64,000 bases of DNA. Origin: Chitinophagales bacterium (lineage in GTDB: Bacteria > Bacteroidota > Bacteroidia > Chitinophagales > JADJOU01). The notes beneath the pieces are model-generated. The model was not told the DNA's origin. It saw only the letters and a program-made list of their open reading frames with translations, and ran no database searches. Below, one piece after another: positions 36,990-48,550 of the stretch. The DNA lies in the NCBI GenBank assembly GCA_040383345.1, contig JBEIDU010000002.1:5608-69607 (forward strand). Reading direction: 5' to 3'. Made by a program: the position numbers and the translations under genes. Position 1 is the stretch's first letter. Each line of letters begins with the position of its first letter.

Positions 36990-38585
36990 TTAGTTATTTA
37001 CTAAAGTCATTTTTGGAGCAGCATTCAAAATGTCTTGTGAAGTTTCCGCTGCAAATTTTTGGAAATTTTTATTGAAAGCTGCTGCTAATTCCAACGCTTT
37101 CGCATCATAAGCTTCTTTATCTGCCCAAGCTTCTCTTGGATCTAGTATTTCAGAAGGAACGCCATGACATGTTTTCGGAATTTCTATACCAAAGATAGGG
37201 TGTTTGTAGAATGCTACTTGATTCAATCCACCATTCAACGCTTCTGTAATCATCGTACGAGTATATGGCAATTTCATTCTGCTTCCTACACCGTATACAC
37301 CACCTGTCATACCTGTATTGATCATCCATACATTGGCGCCGCTATCTTTTAGTTTAGTTCCCAAAAGTTCGGCATATTTGCTTGGATGTAATGGCAAGAA
37401 AGGAGCCCCAAAACAAGCTGAAAAAGTCAGTTGTGGCTCTGTAACACCTGCTTCTGTTCCCGCTACTTTTGCAGTAAATCCACTCATAAAATAGTACATT
37501 GCTTGCTCCATAGATAATTTTGAGATTGGAGGCAATACACCATAAGCATCATACGCCAAGAAAAATACATTCTTTGGAATGCCACCTACTGAAGGTTCTA
37601 CCGCATTAGAAATATAGTCAATAGGGTAGGAAACACGTGTGTTTTCAGTAATTTTTGCACTTGTGAAATCCACTTTGTTCGTCCCTGCTACAAAGGTAAT
37701 GTTTTCTAGAATAGCGCCTGGTTTTATGGCTCTATAAATATCGGGTTCTTTTTCTTCAGTCAAATCAATACATTTGGCATAGCATCCTCCTTCAAAATTG
37801 AAAACGCCTGTATCGGTCCATCCATGCTCATCATCTCCAATCAAACCTCTATTAGGATCAGCAGATAAAGTCGTTTTTCCTGTGCCCGAAAGTCCAAAGA
37901 AAAGTGCAGTATCGCCATCTTTTCCTATGTTAGCTGAACAGTGCATAGGGAAGATTCTTTTATTTACGGGCAATTCAAAGTTCAATACCGTAAAAATTCC
38001 TTTTTTTATTTCTCCTGTATATCCTGTGCCTCCTATCAAAGCTATTTTTTTGGTGAAATTCAAAATAGCAAAGTTATGTTGACGAGTTCCATCTACCGTA
38101 GGATCTGCTTTGAATCCCGGCGCGCAAACTACATGCCAAGTAGGATTGAAATTTTGAGTTTCCGCGTCAGTAGGTTTTATAAACATGTTGTATGCAAATA
38201 AATTACTCCACGGCAATTCTGTAACCACACGAACATTTAATTTGTGTTCTTCTGCTGCACATGCAATACAATCACGACTATAAACTTCTTTCCCTTCCAA
38301 ATAATTGATAACTTTGTCGTATAATTTATCAAATTTATCAGCATCAAAAGGAATATTAAAGTTGGCATTTGCCCAATCTACATGATTCTCAGTGATAGCG
38401 TCTTTTACAATAAATTTATCTTTTGGCGATCGACCTGTAAATTCACCAGTCATTACTACCAGCGCTCCCGTATCGTTTGTTGTTCCTTGATTTGTGTCCA
38501 CTGTAATTTTTGACAACTCTTCAGCGCTTAAATTCCAATGTAATTTTGAGGGGTTATTTAGTCCTAAATAAGAAAGATTACTCAT
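36990..38585 (-). CDS. pckA: Phosphoenolpyruvate carboxykinase (ATP)
   Basis: 531 aa with the GLSGTGKTTLS kinase-1a motif and the IGDDEHGW motif. A minus-strand TAatTTTG box lies at 38612-38619. Confidence 0.97.
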   Translation of the reverse strand: MSNLSYLGLNNPSKLHWNLSAEELSKITVDTNQGTTNDTGALVVMTGEFTGRSPKDKFIVKDAITENHVDWANANFNIPFDADKFDKLYDKVINYLEGKEVYSRDCIACAAEEHKLNVRVVTELPWSNLFAYNMFIKPTDAETQNFNPTWHVVCAPGFKADPTVDGTRQHNFAILNFTKKIALIGGTGYTGEIKKGIFTVLNFELPVNKRIFPMHCSANIGKDGDTALFFGLSGTGKTTLSADPNRGLIGDDEHGWTDTGVFNFEGGCYAKCIDLTEEKEPDIYRAIKPGAILENITFVAGTNKVDFTSAKITENTRVSYPIDYISNAVEPSVGGIPKNVFFLAYDAYGVLPPISKLSMEQAMYYFMSGFTAKVAGTEAGVTEPQLTFSACFGAPFLPLHPSKYAELLGTKLKDSGANVWMINTGMTGGVYGVGSRMKLPYTRTMITEALNGGLNQVAFYKHPIFGIEIPKTCHGVPSEILDPREAWADKEAYDAKALELAAAFNKNFQKFAAETSQDILNAAPKMTLVNN

Positions 38586-38808
38586 GATTTTTTTTGAAAA
38601 TTAGTAAGCCCCAAAATTACAAATAATATTGAGAATGTGAGTTAAAAAATACATTTGCTTAAATATTTATCAAGTTTTAAGTTTAAGAATATTTTATAAA
38701 AATCAAATTGGTTTTTGATTAAGATCTTTTTTTATAAATCCAGATTTTCTATATTACAATAATTAAAAAAGATTTTCTTATTTTTACAAAAAAATCAAAA
38801 GTTGAGTT

Positions 38809-41800
38809 TTGCTTCCTATAAATCATTCATATCTTACCCATTTTAAAGAAAAACTATTTGATTTTAGTAGGCGAAATCGGTTACTTTTTTTCAAACCTTT
38901 GACGAAATATGTAAATGTCACCGATTTTATTCCAAAAGAACAAGATTTTACGTGGCAAGAATCCTCAAAAATTATACTAAAATCTGAATTTGACGATTTT
39001 CAATCATTACTTTTTACACAATGTTTTCAGTTAGTGCGCGAAGAACAAAAAATCCTTCAAGAATATGGGTATCATTCCTTGAAAATGGCTTTTGGTTTCA
39101 TTTCGTTTGACACAAATTATAAAAAAGAAAGTCAAACTATTTTATCGCCTCTTTTTTTAGTGCCAATCTCTTTTTCATTGAATCAAAGCTCTAAAGAGAT
39201 TGAATTTCAGTTTTCTAGCACTGCCTGGAATATAAATCCCATACTCCGTTTTTTTCTTAAAAATAAATTGAATTTACAAATACCTGAAACTATTTCGGTT
39301 GAAAATAAATCAAATGCTCAAATTTTCTGCGAAATTCAAAATTGGTTTGAAGGAGTTTTTCATATAAATGATTTTAACTTATTTATGACTTCGTATTTGG
39401 GTAATTTCAATTATAGAAATATTTGGATGGTAGAAGATTATCAAAAATTGATACACTTTAAAGAAAGTTTTTCTATTTTTAAAACAAAAAGTCCCTCCAA
39501 TCCAATTTCTAACAAATTTGAAGCCACGGCGATTTTTCCTATTTTACCTTTTGATGCAAGTCAAACGGAGGCTCTTTTGCATATAAATTCGGGTAATTCA
39601 CTAGTAATCAAAGGTCCTCCAGGAACAGGCAAGTCTCAAACTATTGTAAATATAATAGCTACAATGGTGGCTCAAGGCAAAAAAGTACTTTTTGTATCCG
39701 AGAAAAAACAAGCGGGGCAAGTAGTGTATAATCGTTTGAAATCTAATAAATTGAGCTCGCTTTGTTGGTTGATTCACGATGCCAAAGAAGACAAAAAAAT
39801 GATACACGAAAGCCTAAAAAAAACGTATCAAAAAGCATTAGAACGCGATTCTTTTTTTGATTTAAAAGCACAAGCTAGGTTTGAAATTAGTAAGCATTTG
39901 GAAGCTGAAATTACAAAAAATAATCAGATTTTTGATGCGCACAAAGAGGACGTGGAACCGGATTTTCCTTTATTTAGTTTTTTGAAAAATATTGAATGCG
40001 CTAACGAATCCAATTCCCTTTCCTTAACGCCTTCTTTATTGGATTGGGGAAAATATAAGGAAATTTTTCATAAGCTAAATCACGCTGATATTGCATCGGA
40101 TTTAATAAAAAAATGGATTTTTCTAGGAAATTTCAATTCACCTGATTTTCATAATTTTTCTAAGCAAAATATATTGAAAATAGACGGATTTATTCAAAAA
40201 TCAAAAGGCTTGTCTTTTATAACAAATATTGGCGAATTTAGTACCTTTTTTATTGATTTTGAAATGCTTTTGCCTTATTATTTGCAAAATAAAATAGCAC
40301 TATTTAATCCAGAAAATAAGAAGTATTCAACCATAAAAAAACAATTTTTACAAATTCAAAAATTACAGAAAAGTTATCTTTCAAAACAAAAATATACACA
40401 ACATTGGATTCAAAAATGGTCAAAAAATGAGTGTCAAGACGCTATTTTAATGATAGAAAAATGGAAAGATAGTTTTTTGAAATCAATTCATCCTGCTTAT
40501 AATCAAATTCTAAAGCGATTACAGAAATCGTATAGTTTTACAAAAAAAAATGAAATAGAGAATCCCATTTTGATTTTAAAAAATCTAGAAAAAGAATGGA
40601 TAGCCAAGGAATTGTATGAAGAAAAATTATCTCGATTTGAACAAAAATACCCTTTTGGAAATTTTCATTTATTGATAGAAATTATTGATAAATTCAACGA
40701 AAAAGAGCAAAGTCTTGCATTAGATTTTTTGTTACATCAAAAATTAAAACAATCAGAAATCGATGAAATCTTAACATTGAAAAACGATTTTCAAGATTTA
40801 CAAATTCTTTTAATCAATAGGTTTAAGAATTATGATGAGTTGTCGTTAAATGATTTGTCTGATTTTATAAGTCAATTGACTGAAAATGAAGCAAAATTGC
40901 GTGAATTGTATCCTATAATTTATGAATTATTGCAAGCGCCATATACTATTCAAAAATTATTGGATAAATGGCCTTTTGATATAATTGAAATGTCGTCTGC
41001 AATAGCTAACAATCATTTGGAGCGATTTATGGCCTATCATCTTGATTTGAAAAATTGGGATGGCGAAAAACAAACTAATTTAATCAAAAGACTTCAAGTT
41101 ATTTATCAAGAATATTTATCGATCAATAATAGCTATATTGAAGAATTGCATTTAGATGAAATTCAAGAGCTTATTCGTCAAAAAGAGATTAAAATATTGC
41201 CTTCAGATACTGAAAAATGGAATGACCAACTAGAACTAAAAGAAGGGTGGGCGCTTTTAGAAAAAGAACTGAAGAAAAAGATTAGACAAAAACCTATTCG
41301 AGAGCTTTTGGAGTCAAGTGCAGGTCATATTATTCAGAAAATGAAGCCAATATGGTTAATGAATCCTAGTAGTGTTTCGGAATGTTTGCCTTTGGAACAA
41401 GCATATTTTGATGTCGTAATTTTTGATGAAGCGAGTCAAATAAAGCCTGAAGAAGCGATGCTGGCGTGCTATAGAGGTGCGCAAATATTGATTGTGGGCG
41501 ATGAAATGCAAATGCCCCCAAGCCCTTATTTTCAGTCTCAGGTTGCCGATATATTGGATATGCCAAATAATTTATTGGAATGGGGACTTACGCAACTTCC
41601 TTTTCAGATGTTGCATTGGCATTATCGTAGTCACTATGAAGCTTTGATTCATTTTTCAAACGAACATTTTTATCAAAATAAACTCATCACCACGCCTGAA
41701 AATCAAATTTCTGATATACAACCTATTCAGCTACATTATTTGCCGAATGGCATTTATGAAAATAGACAAAATAAGATTGAGGCGCATTTTATAGCAGAAT

Positions 41801-42861
41801 TGCTAGAAAAACATTTGATTTCTAATCCCAAAGAAACCCTTGCTTTTATTGCGCTCAGCCAAGAACAGCAGCAACTCATAGAAAAAACAATTGAAGAAAA
41901 AGCAAAAAAAGATATTCAATTTTCAATGCTTTACAATAAAGCGTTATCTTTAAAGGATGAACCTTTATTAATCAAAAATTTGGAAAATATACAAGGCGAA
42001 GAACGTGATTGTGTTATCATTAGCACTTGTTTTGGGCCTACACCACAAGGCAAAGTAAAGTTGCATTTGGGGCCAATCAATAGAAAAGGCGGCGAAAAAC
42101 GACTAAATGTATTGTTTTCAAGAGCTCGAAAACGAATAGATATAGTAGCTTCGATTACCTCGGAGCATCTTTCTTTTTCTAGCAATAAGGGAATTCAATT
42201 ATTGAGCCAGTTTTTGGATTTTGCTAAAAATAATGCACAAAATCGAAGTGCTTCTTTGCTTGAAAATCAAAATCCTATTACGAATGAAATTACTGAATTT
42301 TTGCGAGAAAATGGCTATGAAGTGATTGAAAATGTGGGTTTTTCGGAGTTTAAAATTCCTATTGCTATCAAAGATGCTCAACAGAAATTTAAAGCCTGTA
42401 TTTGGTTAGATGATTTTGATAGTTATGAATCTTCCAATGCTTGGGATAGTTATTTTTTCAAGCCTCATTTGCTCCAATCTAAAGGCTGGCGCACTATTTT
42501 TGTATTTTCAAAAGACTGGAAAACAAATAGAGATTATTGCAAATCCTATATTTTGGAAGCAATAGTAGGAAAGAGGGCATTTGAATATACCGAAAGTTTA
42601 CAAATGTATTTACAAAAATTAAGCAAAATTCCAACTACCATTCCAGATAATGATTTGCGCTATTTTTATATCTTTGAATCCCAATCAAAATTTCAAGAAT
42701 TTACCATTGACGGATTACAATTGACCATAAAAAAAGGTGTAATAGACAAAAAAGCTAAAAAACAAATCTTAGAATTTGAAAGTGAACCCAAATTACAAAA
42801 ATTTCTCCAGCGCAAAATTCAAGCACTGGAGAAATTAGGTTTTGAAAGAATTTTTATATAA
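38809..42861 (+). CDS. Large SF1 (Upf1/DNA2-like) helicase: DUF4011-like N-terminus, AAA_11/AAA_12 core, degenerate REase-like fold and WGR-like C-terminus
   Basis: FDFSRRNRLLFFKP (DUF4011-like), Walker A GPPGTGKSQT (about 39610), DEASQ (about 41425), VGDEMQMPP, HYRS, QGEERD and LNVLFSRARKR. REase-like region at 42283-42565 and WGR-like tail at 42658-42858. The only available start is TTG. Confidence 0.8.
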   Translation: MLPINHSYLTHFKEKLFDFSRRNRLLFFKPLTKYVNVTDFIPKEQDFTWQESSKIILKSEFDDFQSLLFTQCFQLVREEQKILQEYGYHSLKMAFGFISFDTNYKKESQTILSPLFLVPISFSLNQSSKEIEFQFSSTAWNINPILRFFLKNKLNLQIPETISVENKSNAQIFCEIQNWFEGVFHINDFNLFMTSYLGNFNYRNIWMVEDYQKLIHFKESFSIFKTKSPSNPISNKFEATAIFPILPFDASQTEALLHINSGNSLVIKGPPGTGKSQTIVNIIATMVAQGKKVLFVSEKKQAGQVVYNRLKSNKLSSLCWLIHDAKEDKKMIHESLKKTYQKALERDSFFDLKAQARFEISKHLEAEITKNNQIFDAHKEDVEPDFPLFSFLKNIECANESNSLSLTPSLLDWGKYKEIFHKLNHADIASDLIKKWIFLGNFNSPDFHNFSKQNILKIDGFIQKSKGLSFITNIGEFSTFFIDFEMLLPYYLQNKIALFNPENKKYSTIKKQFLQIQKLQKSYLSKQKYTQHWIQKWSKNECQDAILMIEKWKDSFLKSIHPAYNQILKRLQKSYSFTKKNEIENPILILKNLEKEWIAKELYEEKLSRFEQKYPFGNFHLLIEIIDKFNEKEQSLALDFLLHQKLKQSEIDEILTLKNDFQDLQILLINRFKNYDELSLNDLSDFISQLTENEAKLRELYPIIYELLQAPYTIQKLLDKWPFDIIEMSSAIANNHLERFMAYHLDLKNWDGEKQTNLIKRLQVIYQEYLSINNSYIEELHLDEIQELIRQKEIKILPSDTEKWNDQLELKEGWALLEKELKKKIRQKPIRELLESSAGHIIQKMKPIWLMNPSSVSECLPLEQAYFDVVIFDEASQIKPEEAMLACYRGAQILIVGDEMQMPPSPYFQSQVADILDMPNNLLEWGLTQLPFQMLHWHYRSHYEALIHFSNEHFYQNKLITTPENQISDIQPIQLHYLPNGIYENRQNKIEAHFIAELLEKHLISNPKETLAFIALSQEQQQLIEKTIEEKAKKDIQFSMLYNKALSLKDEPLLIKNLENIQGEERDCVIISTCFGPTPQGKVKLHLGPINRKGGEKRLNVLFSRARKRIDIVASITSEHLSFSSNKGIQLLSQFLDFAKNNAQNRSASLLENQNPITNEITEFLRENGYEVIENVGFSEFKIPIAIKDAQQKFKACIWLDDFDSYESSNAWDSYFFKPHLLQSKGWRTIFVFSKDWKTNRDYCKSYILEAIVGKRAFEYTESLQMYLQKLSKIPTTIPDNDLRYFYIFESQSKFQEFTIDGLQLTIKKGVIDKKAKKQILEFESEPKLQKFLQRKIQALEKLGFERIFI

Positions 42862-43047
42862 AACTATATCTCTACTTAAATATTAAATATATAGGATAAT
42901 TGCAATATATGAGATATATTGCGTAATATAGTATTTAAATGAAACTAAAATTATATTAATTCTATTGCTAAACATAGGAAATTATATATCACTTTTCCTC
43001 TAATACAAGCAAAATGTAAAATTCAAAAGAAATTGTCCATTTTTTTG

Positions 43048-43055
43048 TACCTTTG
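43048..43055 (+). promoter_or_regulatory. -7 box TAccTTTG upstream of the ABC-F gene
   Basis: TAnnTTTG match 30 nt before ATG 43085. Confidence 0.55.
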
Positions 43056-43075
43056 CGCTCCCAAATAAAAAATAA

Positions 43076-44698
<1,623 letters not shown>

Positions 44699-44751
44699 CT
44701 TTTTTCTATAGATTTTTCTACCTTTTTTTCTTTTCTCTAAATCGCACTCGA

Positions 44752-45444
44752 TTGAAATTTTCTGATATTATACTTTTTGAAGACAATCATTTATTGATTT
44801 TGAATAAACCTGCGGGCTTGCTAGTTCAAAAAGATAAAGAAGGCAATGAAGAAACCCTTGAAGATTTAGCAAAAAAGTATATCAAACTCAAAGAAAATAA
44901 GGAAGGAAATGTCTATTTGGGCATTCCACATCGCATTGACCGTCCTACGAGTGGCATCGTGATTTTTTGTAAATCCAGCAAAGCTTTGGTGCGTGTCAAT
45001 CAAATGTTTCAAGATAAAAAAATTAAGAAAACCTACTGGGCGGTCATTCCTATAGGCAAATTAATCGAAAAAGGTCATTGGACGCATTATTTGAAGCGAA
45101 GTGAAAAACAAAATAAATCCTTTGTTTCCGAAAAACCCAATGAAGAATACAAAAAAGCTGAACTTCGATACAAAATTATTTCTAAAAGCGAGCGCTATCA
45201 AATGGTGGAAGTGGAACTATTGACAGGAAGGCATCATCAAATTAGAGCCCAATTCTCTCATATGGGATTTCCGCTCAAAGGCGATGTAAAATATGGCGCA
45301 AAGAGAAATAATGAAGACAATAGCATCGATTTGCATTCAAGATATGTAGTGTTTTCACATCCTGTAACCAAAGAAGATATTCGCTTGACCGCACCTATTC
45401 GTCAAGACAGTCTCTGGAAATTTTTTGAGAAGAATTTGAAGTAA
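44752..45444 (+). CDS. RluA-family pseudouridine synthase
   Basis: HRIDRPTSG catalytic motif and GRHHQIR. TTG start. Confidence 0.85.
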   Translation: MKFSDIILFEDNHLLILNKPAGLLVQKDKEGNEETLEDLAKKYIKLKENKEGNVYLGIPHRIDRPTSGIVIFCKSSKALVRVNQMFQDKKIKKTYWAVIPIGKLIEKGHWTHYLKRSEKQNKSFVSEKPNEEYKKAELRYKIISKSERYQMVEVELLTGRHHQIRAQFSHMGFPLKGDVKYGAKRNNEDNSIDLHSRYVVFSHPVTKEDIRLTAPIRQDSLWKFFEKNLK

Positions 45445-45470
45445 TTTTTTTGAAAAAATCAGTCTTTCAT

Positions 45471-45478
45471 TATCTTTG
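45471..45478 (+). promoter_or_regulatory. -7 box TAtcTTTG
   Basis: It lies inside the track's 5' extension (45450) and 14 nt before ATG 45492. Confidence 0.45.
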
Positions 45479-45491
45479 CAAAAAAAAAGAA

Positions 45492-45911
45492 ATGAATCAA
45501 ATAATCAAAAATATTTTAGCCGTACTAGCGGGATTAGTCATTGGCGCTAGTGTCAATATAGGTATTTTAATGCTGTTTATGAAATTGATTCCACCACCTA
45601 TGGGAGCAGATGTCACTACCGAAGCGGGTTTGAAAGCAGCAATGCCACTTTTTCAGCCTCAAAATTTCATAGGACCTTTTCTCGCCCACGCTTTGGGAAC
45701 CTTTGTAGGTGCATTTATTGTAGCTGCAATTACCAAAAATTTAAGATTGAGTTTAATAATAGGATTTTCATTTTTGATAGGTGGCGCTATGGAAGTTGCC
45801 AGCCTTTCTGCTCCGATTTGGTTCAATGTTTTAGACCTTGTATTGGCTTATATTCCAATGGCTTTTCTTGGGTTTAAACTGGGTAGTTTTATACTGCGAA
45901 ATAAAGAATAA
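45492..45911 (+). CDS. Small integral membrane protein (4 predicted TM segments)
   Basis: Hydrophobic 139-aa ORF. Start moved to ATG 45492 (MNQIIKNILAVLAG...). Confidence 0.6.
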   Translation: MNQIIKNILAVLAGLVIGASVNIGILMLFMKLIPPPMGADVTTEAGLKAAMPLFQPQNFIGPFLAHALGTFVGAFIVAAITKNLRLSLIIGFSFLIGGAMEVASLSAPIWFNVLDLVLAYIPMAFLGFKLGSFILRNKE

Positions 45912-45923
45912 AATAAGTCTAGC

Positions 45924-47117
45924 CTATTTCAATCCCGCTACCGCTTTTTCTATTCGGTCAAATGCCTCATTCAGCGCCTCTTCGCTAGCCGCAAAAGAGA
46001 TTCTAAGGCAATTGCCATCGCCAAAACTATCGCCACCTACTGTAGCTACATGCGCTTTGTTTAGGATAAAAAGTGCAAAATCTTCCGAATTGTGGATGAC
46101 AATTCCGTCATACGATTTCTCAAAATAACAACTGATATCGGGAAATACATAAAAAGCACCATCGGGACTTGGACATTTAACGCCTTCAAATTTCGACAAT
46201 CGATTGATAACCAATGCTCTTCTTCGTTTGAACGCATCCACCATTTTTTCTACTTCCACTTGATTGCCGTCCAAGGCTTCTATCGCTGCCGTTTGATTAA
46301 AGCTACATGCGCCAGACGTTATTTGACCTTGAATTTTGTCGCAGGCACCTGCTATTTCTTTGCTAGCAGCCATATAGCCCAGTCGCCATCCTGTCATCGA
46401 ATAGGCTTTTGAAAATCCATTAACGATAATTACGCGGTCTTTCACATCCTCAAACTGCGCTATCGTATAATGCTCGCCCAAATAATTGATATGTTCATAT
46501 ATTTCATCCGAAATCACGTGAATATTTGGATGTTTTAGCATCAAATCCGCTATGGCACGTAATTCTTGTTTGTTAAACACAGCTCCCGTAGGATTGCAAG
46601 GCGAACTGTACAAAATTACCTTTGTTTTAGCCGTAATATGTTGTTCCAATTTCTCCGAACTTACCTTAAACCCTTCATCTACGCCCACTTTTATCTCTAC
46701 TACTTTGGCTCCAGCCAGCTCAGCTATCGCAGCATAGCTAATCCAAAAAGGCGAAGGCAAAATGATTTCATCTCCCGGATTCAGTAGCGCCATACACGCA
46801 TTGGCAATAGACTGTTTTGCGCCATTGCTCACCACTATTTGTTCTGCGGTATAGTTTACCTTATTTTCTCGTTCCAATTTTCTACAAATAGCATCGCGAA
46901 GCGCTTTCGTGCCCGATACAGGCGTATATTTTGTGTCGCCATGCTCCAACGCATTTTCGGCCGCTCTTTTTATATTGTCAGGCGTATCAAAGTCGGGCTC
47001 ACCTAGACTCAAACTAATGATATCCACACCCTGCTCCTTTAGCATACGAGACTGTCTCGCCATCGCCAGCGTAGCACTTTCTTTCATTTCCAATACTCTA
47101 TTTGATAGTACGGCCAT
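45924..47117 (-). CDS. Class I PLP-dependent aminotransferase (AspC-like)
   Basis: 397 aa with SPCNPTG and SKAYSMTGWRLGY motifs. A minus-strand TAcaTTTG box lies at 47141-47148. Confidence 0.9.
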   Translation of the reverse strand: MAVLSNRVLEMKESATLAMARQSRMLKEQGVDIISLSLGEPDFDTPDNIKRAAENALEHGDTKYTPVSGTKALRDAICRKLERENKVNYTAEQIVVSNGAKQSIANACMALLNPGDEIILPSPFWISYAAIAELAGAKVVEIKVGVDEGFKVSSEKLEQHITAKTKVILYSSPCNPTGAVFNKQELRAIADLMLKHPNIHVISDEIYEHINYLGEHYTIAQFEDVKDRVIIVNGFSKAYSMTGWRLGYMAASKEIAGACDKIQGQITSGACSFNQTAAIEALDGNQVEVEKMVDAFKRRRALVINRLSKFEGVKCPSPDGAFYVFPDISCYFEKSYDGIVIHNSEDFALFILNKAHVATVGGDSFGDGNCLRISFAASEEALNEAFDRIEKAVAGLK

Positions 47118-47167
47118 ATCCTTCTATTTTGATTAATAGGCAAATGTAAGGGATTCTCCCCAAAAAA

Positions 47168-47203
47168 AATATAAAATTTTCAAACTAGAAATATAAAATT
47201 TTC
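47168..47203. repeat. Two copies of the 14-nt direct repeat aatataaaattttc, spaced 22 nt apart
   Basis: Exact copies at 47168-47181 and 47190-47203, 51-86 nt upstream of the aminotransferase ATG (minus strand) and beyond its -7 box. Confidence 0.6.
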
Positions 47204-47268
47204 GAAAATTAATTATGTATATATAATATACTACTATACATATATGACTAATATCTATAGTGTCAAAC

Positions 47269-47300
47269 AAAAGCCCCAACAATAATTTGCTGGGGCTTTT
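47269..47300 (-). terminator. Hairpin downstream of the PPIase/EPS block
   Basis: Stem aaaagcccca / tggggctttt. There is no strong T-run on the minus strand, so the terminator function is tentative. Confidence 0.45.
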
Positions 47301-47382
47301 GTGTTATGTATGAAAATCGTAGATTTTGAATCTCTAAAAGTCAAGGTTCTAATCCCTAACTCCTAATTTCTAATCCCATTTC

Positions 47383-48519
47383 TTATTTAATATTCATCAT
47401 TTCGGTATCGAAAATCAACGTAGCTTTTTTAGGGATTACAGGCTCTCTGCCATCTACACCATACGCTAACCAATAAGGAATAATCAATTTGGCTTTTGCA
47501 CCTTTGTTCAATAGTGCGATGCCTTCTTCCCATCCTGGAATAACCATTCCTTGTCCCAATGGAAACTCAATAGGTTGATTTCTTTCATACGAATTGTCGA
47601 ATTTTTTGCCATCTTCCAATACACCATTGTAATGAACTGAAACGGTATTGCCTGCTTTCGCTTTATCGCCTGTTCCTTCTTTTTCCATTACATAAGCCAA
47701 TCCTGAAGGTAAAATAGTAGCTTTAGGGAAGGTCTTCTTTACATATTCCAAGAATTTTGGCTTGTCTATTTGCATAGATTTTTCAGTTTCCATTTGTTTT
47801 TGGCGCATCATTTCTTCATATTTTCTTTTTTTCTCAGCCATTTTCTCATCTTGAATTTTCTTTTGCTCTGCTATCATCGCTTGAAATTTAGCATTATCAA
47901 ATTTGAATGCTTTTGCTTCTGCACCTTCACGGATAATTTCTACTTTTTTGATACCATCATTAGTTTTGATAAGGTTACATATATCCATTCCCGAAACTAC
48001 TTTTCCAAAAACAGAGTGCTTGTTGTCCAACCAAGGCGTAGCCGTAACGGTAATAAAAAATTGAGAACCATTGGTATTAGGGCCCGAGTTAGCCATAGAC
48101 AATACACCCGGTACATCGTGTTTCAATGAAGGATCAAACTCATCAGGGAATTTATATCCAGGATCGCCTGTTCCATTTCCAAGTGGACATCCACCTTGAA
48201 TCATAAAATCTTGTCCATCGCCATTTGCTACGGTAATTACTCTATGAAATTTTAAACCATCATAATAAGGCGTTCCAGCAGGTTTCTTATCATTCGTGAT
48301 AGTTCCTTCCGCCAATCCAATAAAATTACCAACTGTCATAGGTACTTTTTTGTATTCCAATTTGATTAGAATATCACCTTTATCGGTGATAAATTTTGCG
48401 TAAATTCCTTCTTCCATTTTAGCTTTTTGTGTTTTTTTTGGTGCTGCTTTGGTGCCTTTTTGTGCAAAAATAGGCAAGCAAAATGCAGCTAGGGTTAATA
48501 ATAAGGTTAATTTTTTCAT
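47383..48519 (-). CDS. Secreted dual-domain peptidyl-prolyl isomerase (N-terminal cyclophilin, C-terminal FKBP)
   Basis: Signal peptide. Cyclophilin motifs FHRV..FMIQGG and [17 protein letters not shown]; a charged linker; FKBP motifs [14 protein letters not shown] and [10 protein letters not shown]. Confidence 0.9.
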   Translation of the reverse strand: MKKLTLLLTLAAFCLPIFAQKGTKAAPKKTQKAKMEEGIYAKFITDKGDILIKLEYKKVPMTVGNFIGLAEGTITNDKKPAGTPYYDGLKFHRVITVANGDGQDFMIQGGCPLGNGTGDPGYKFPDEFDPSLKHDVPGVLSMANSGPNTNGSQFFITVTATPWLDNKHSVFGKVVSGMDICNLIKTNDGIKKVEIIREGAEAKAFKFDNAKFQAMIAEQKKIQDEKMAEKKRKYEEMMRQKQMETEKSMQIDKPKFLEYVKKTFPKATILPSGLAYVMEKEGTGDKAKAGNTVSVHYNGVLEDGKKFDNSYERNQPIEFPLGQGMVIPGWEEGIALLNKGAKAKLIIPYWLAYGVDGREPVIPKKATLIFDTEMMNIK

Positions 48520-48550
48520 TTAATTATAATTTTTAGGGGTTAAACTGATT

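Noticed and set aside
42902-42922. Hairpin gcaatatat-gag-atatattgc downstream of the large helicase as its terminator
   Set aside because: The stem is almost entirely A/T and has no following T-run. It is too weak to call as an intrinsic terminator.
47340-47382. ctaatccc / ctaa-type short repeats just downstream of the PPIase stop
   Set aside because: There are only two 8-9-nt copies within simple-sequence context, with no hairpin potential or recognisable motif. This is probably low-complexity drift.
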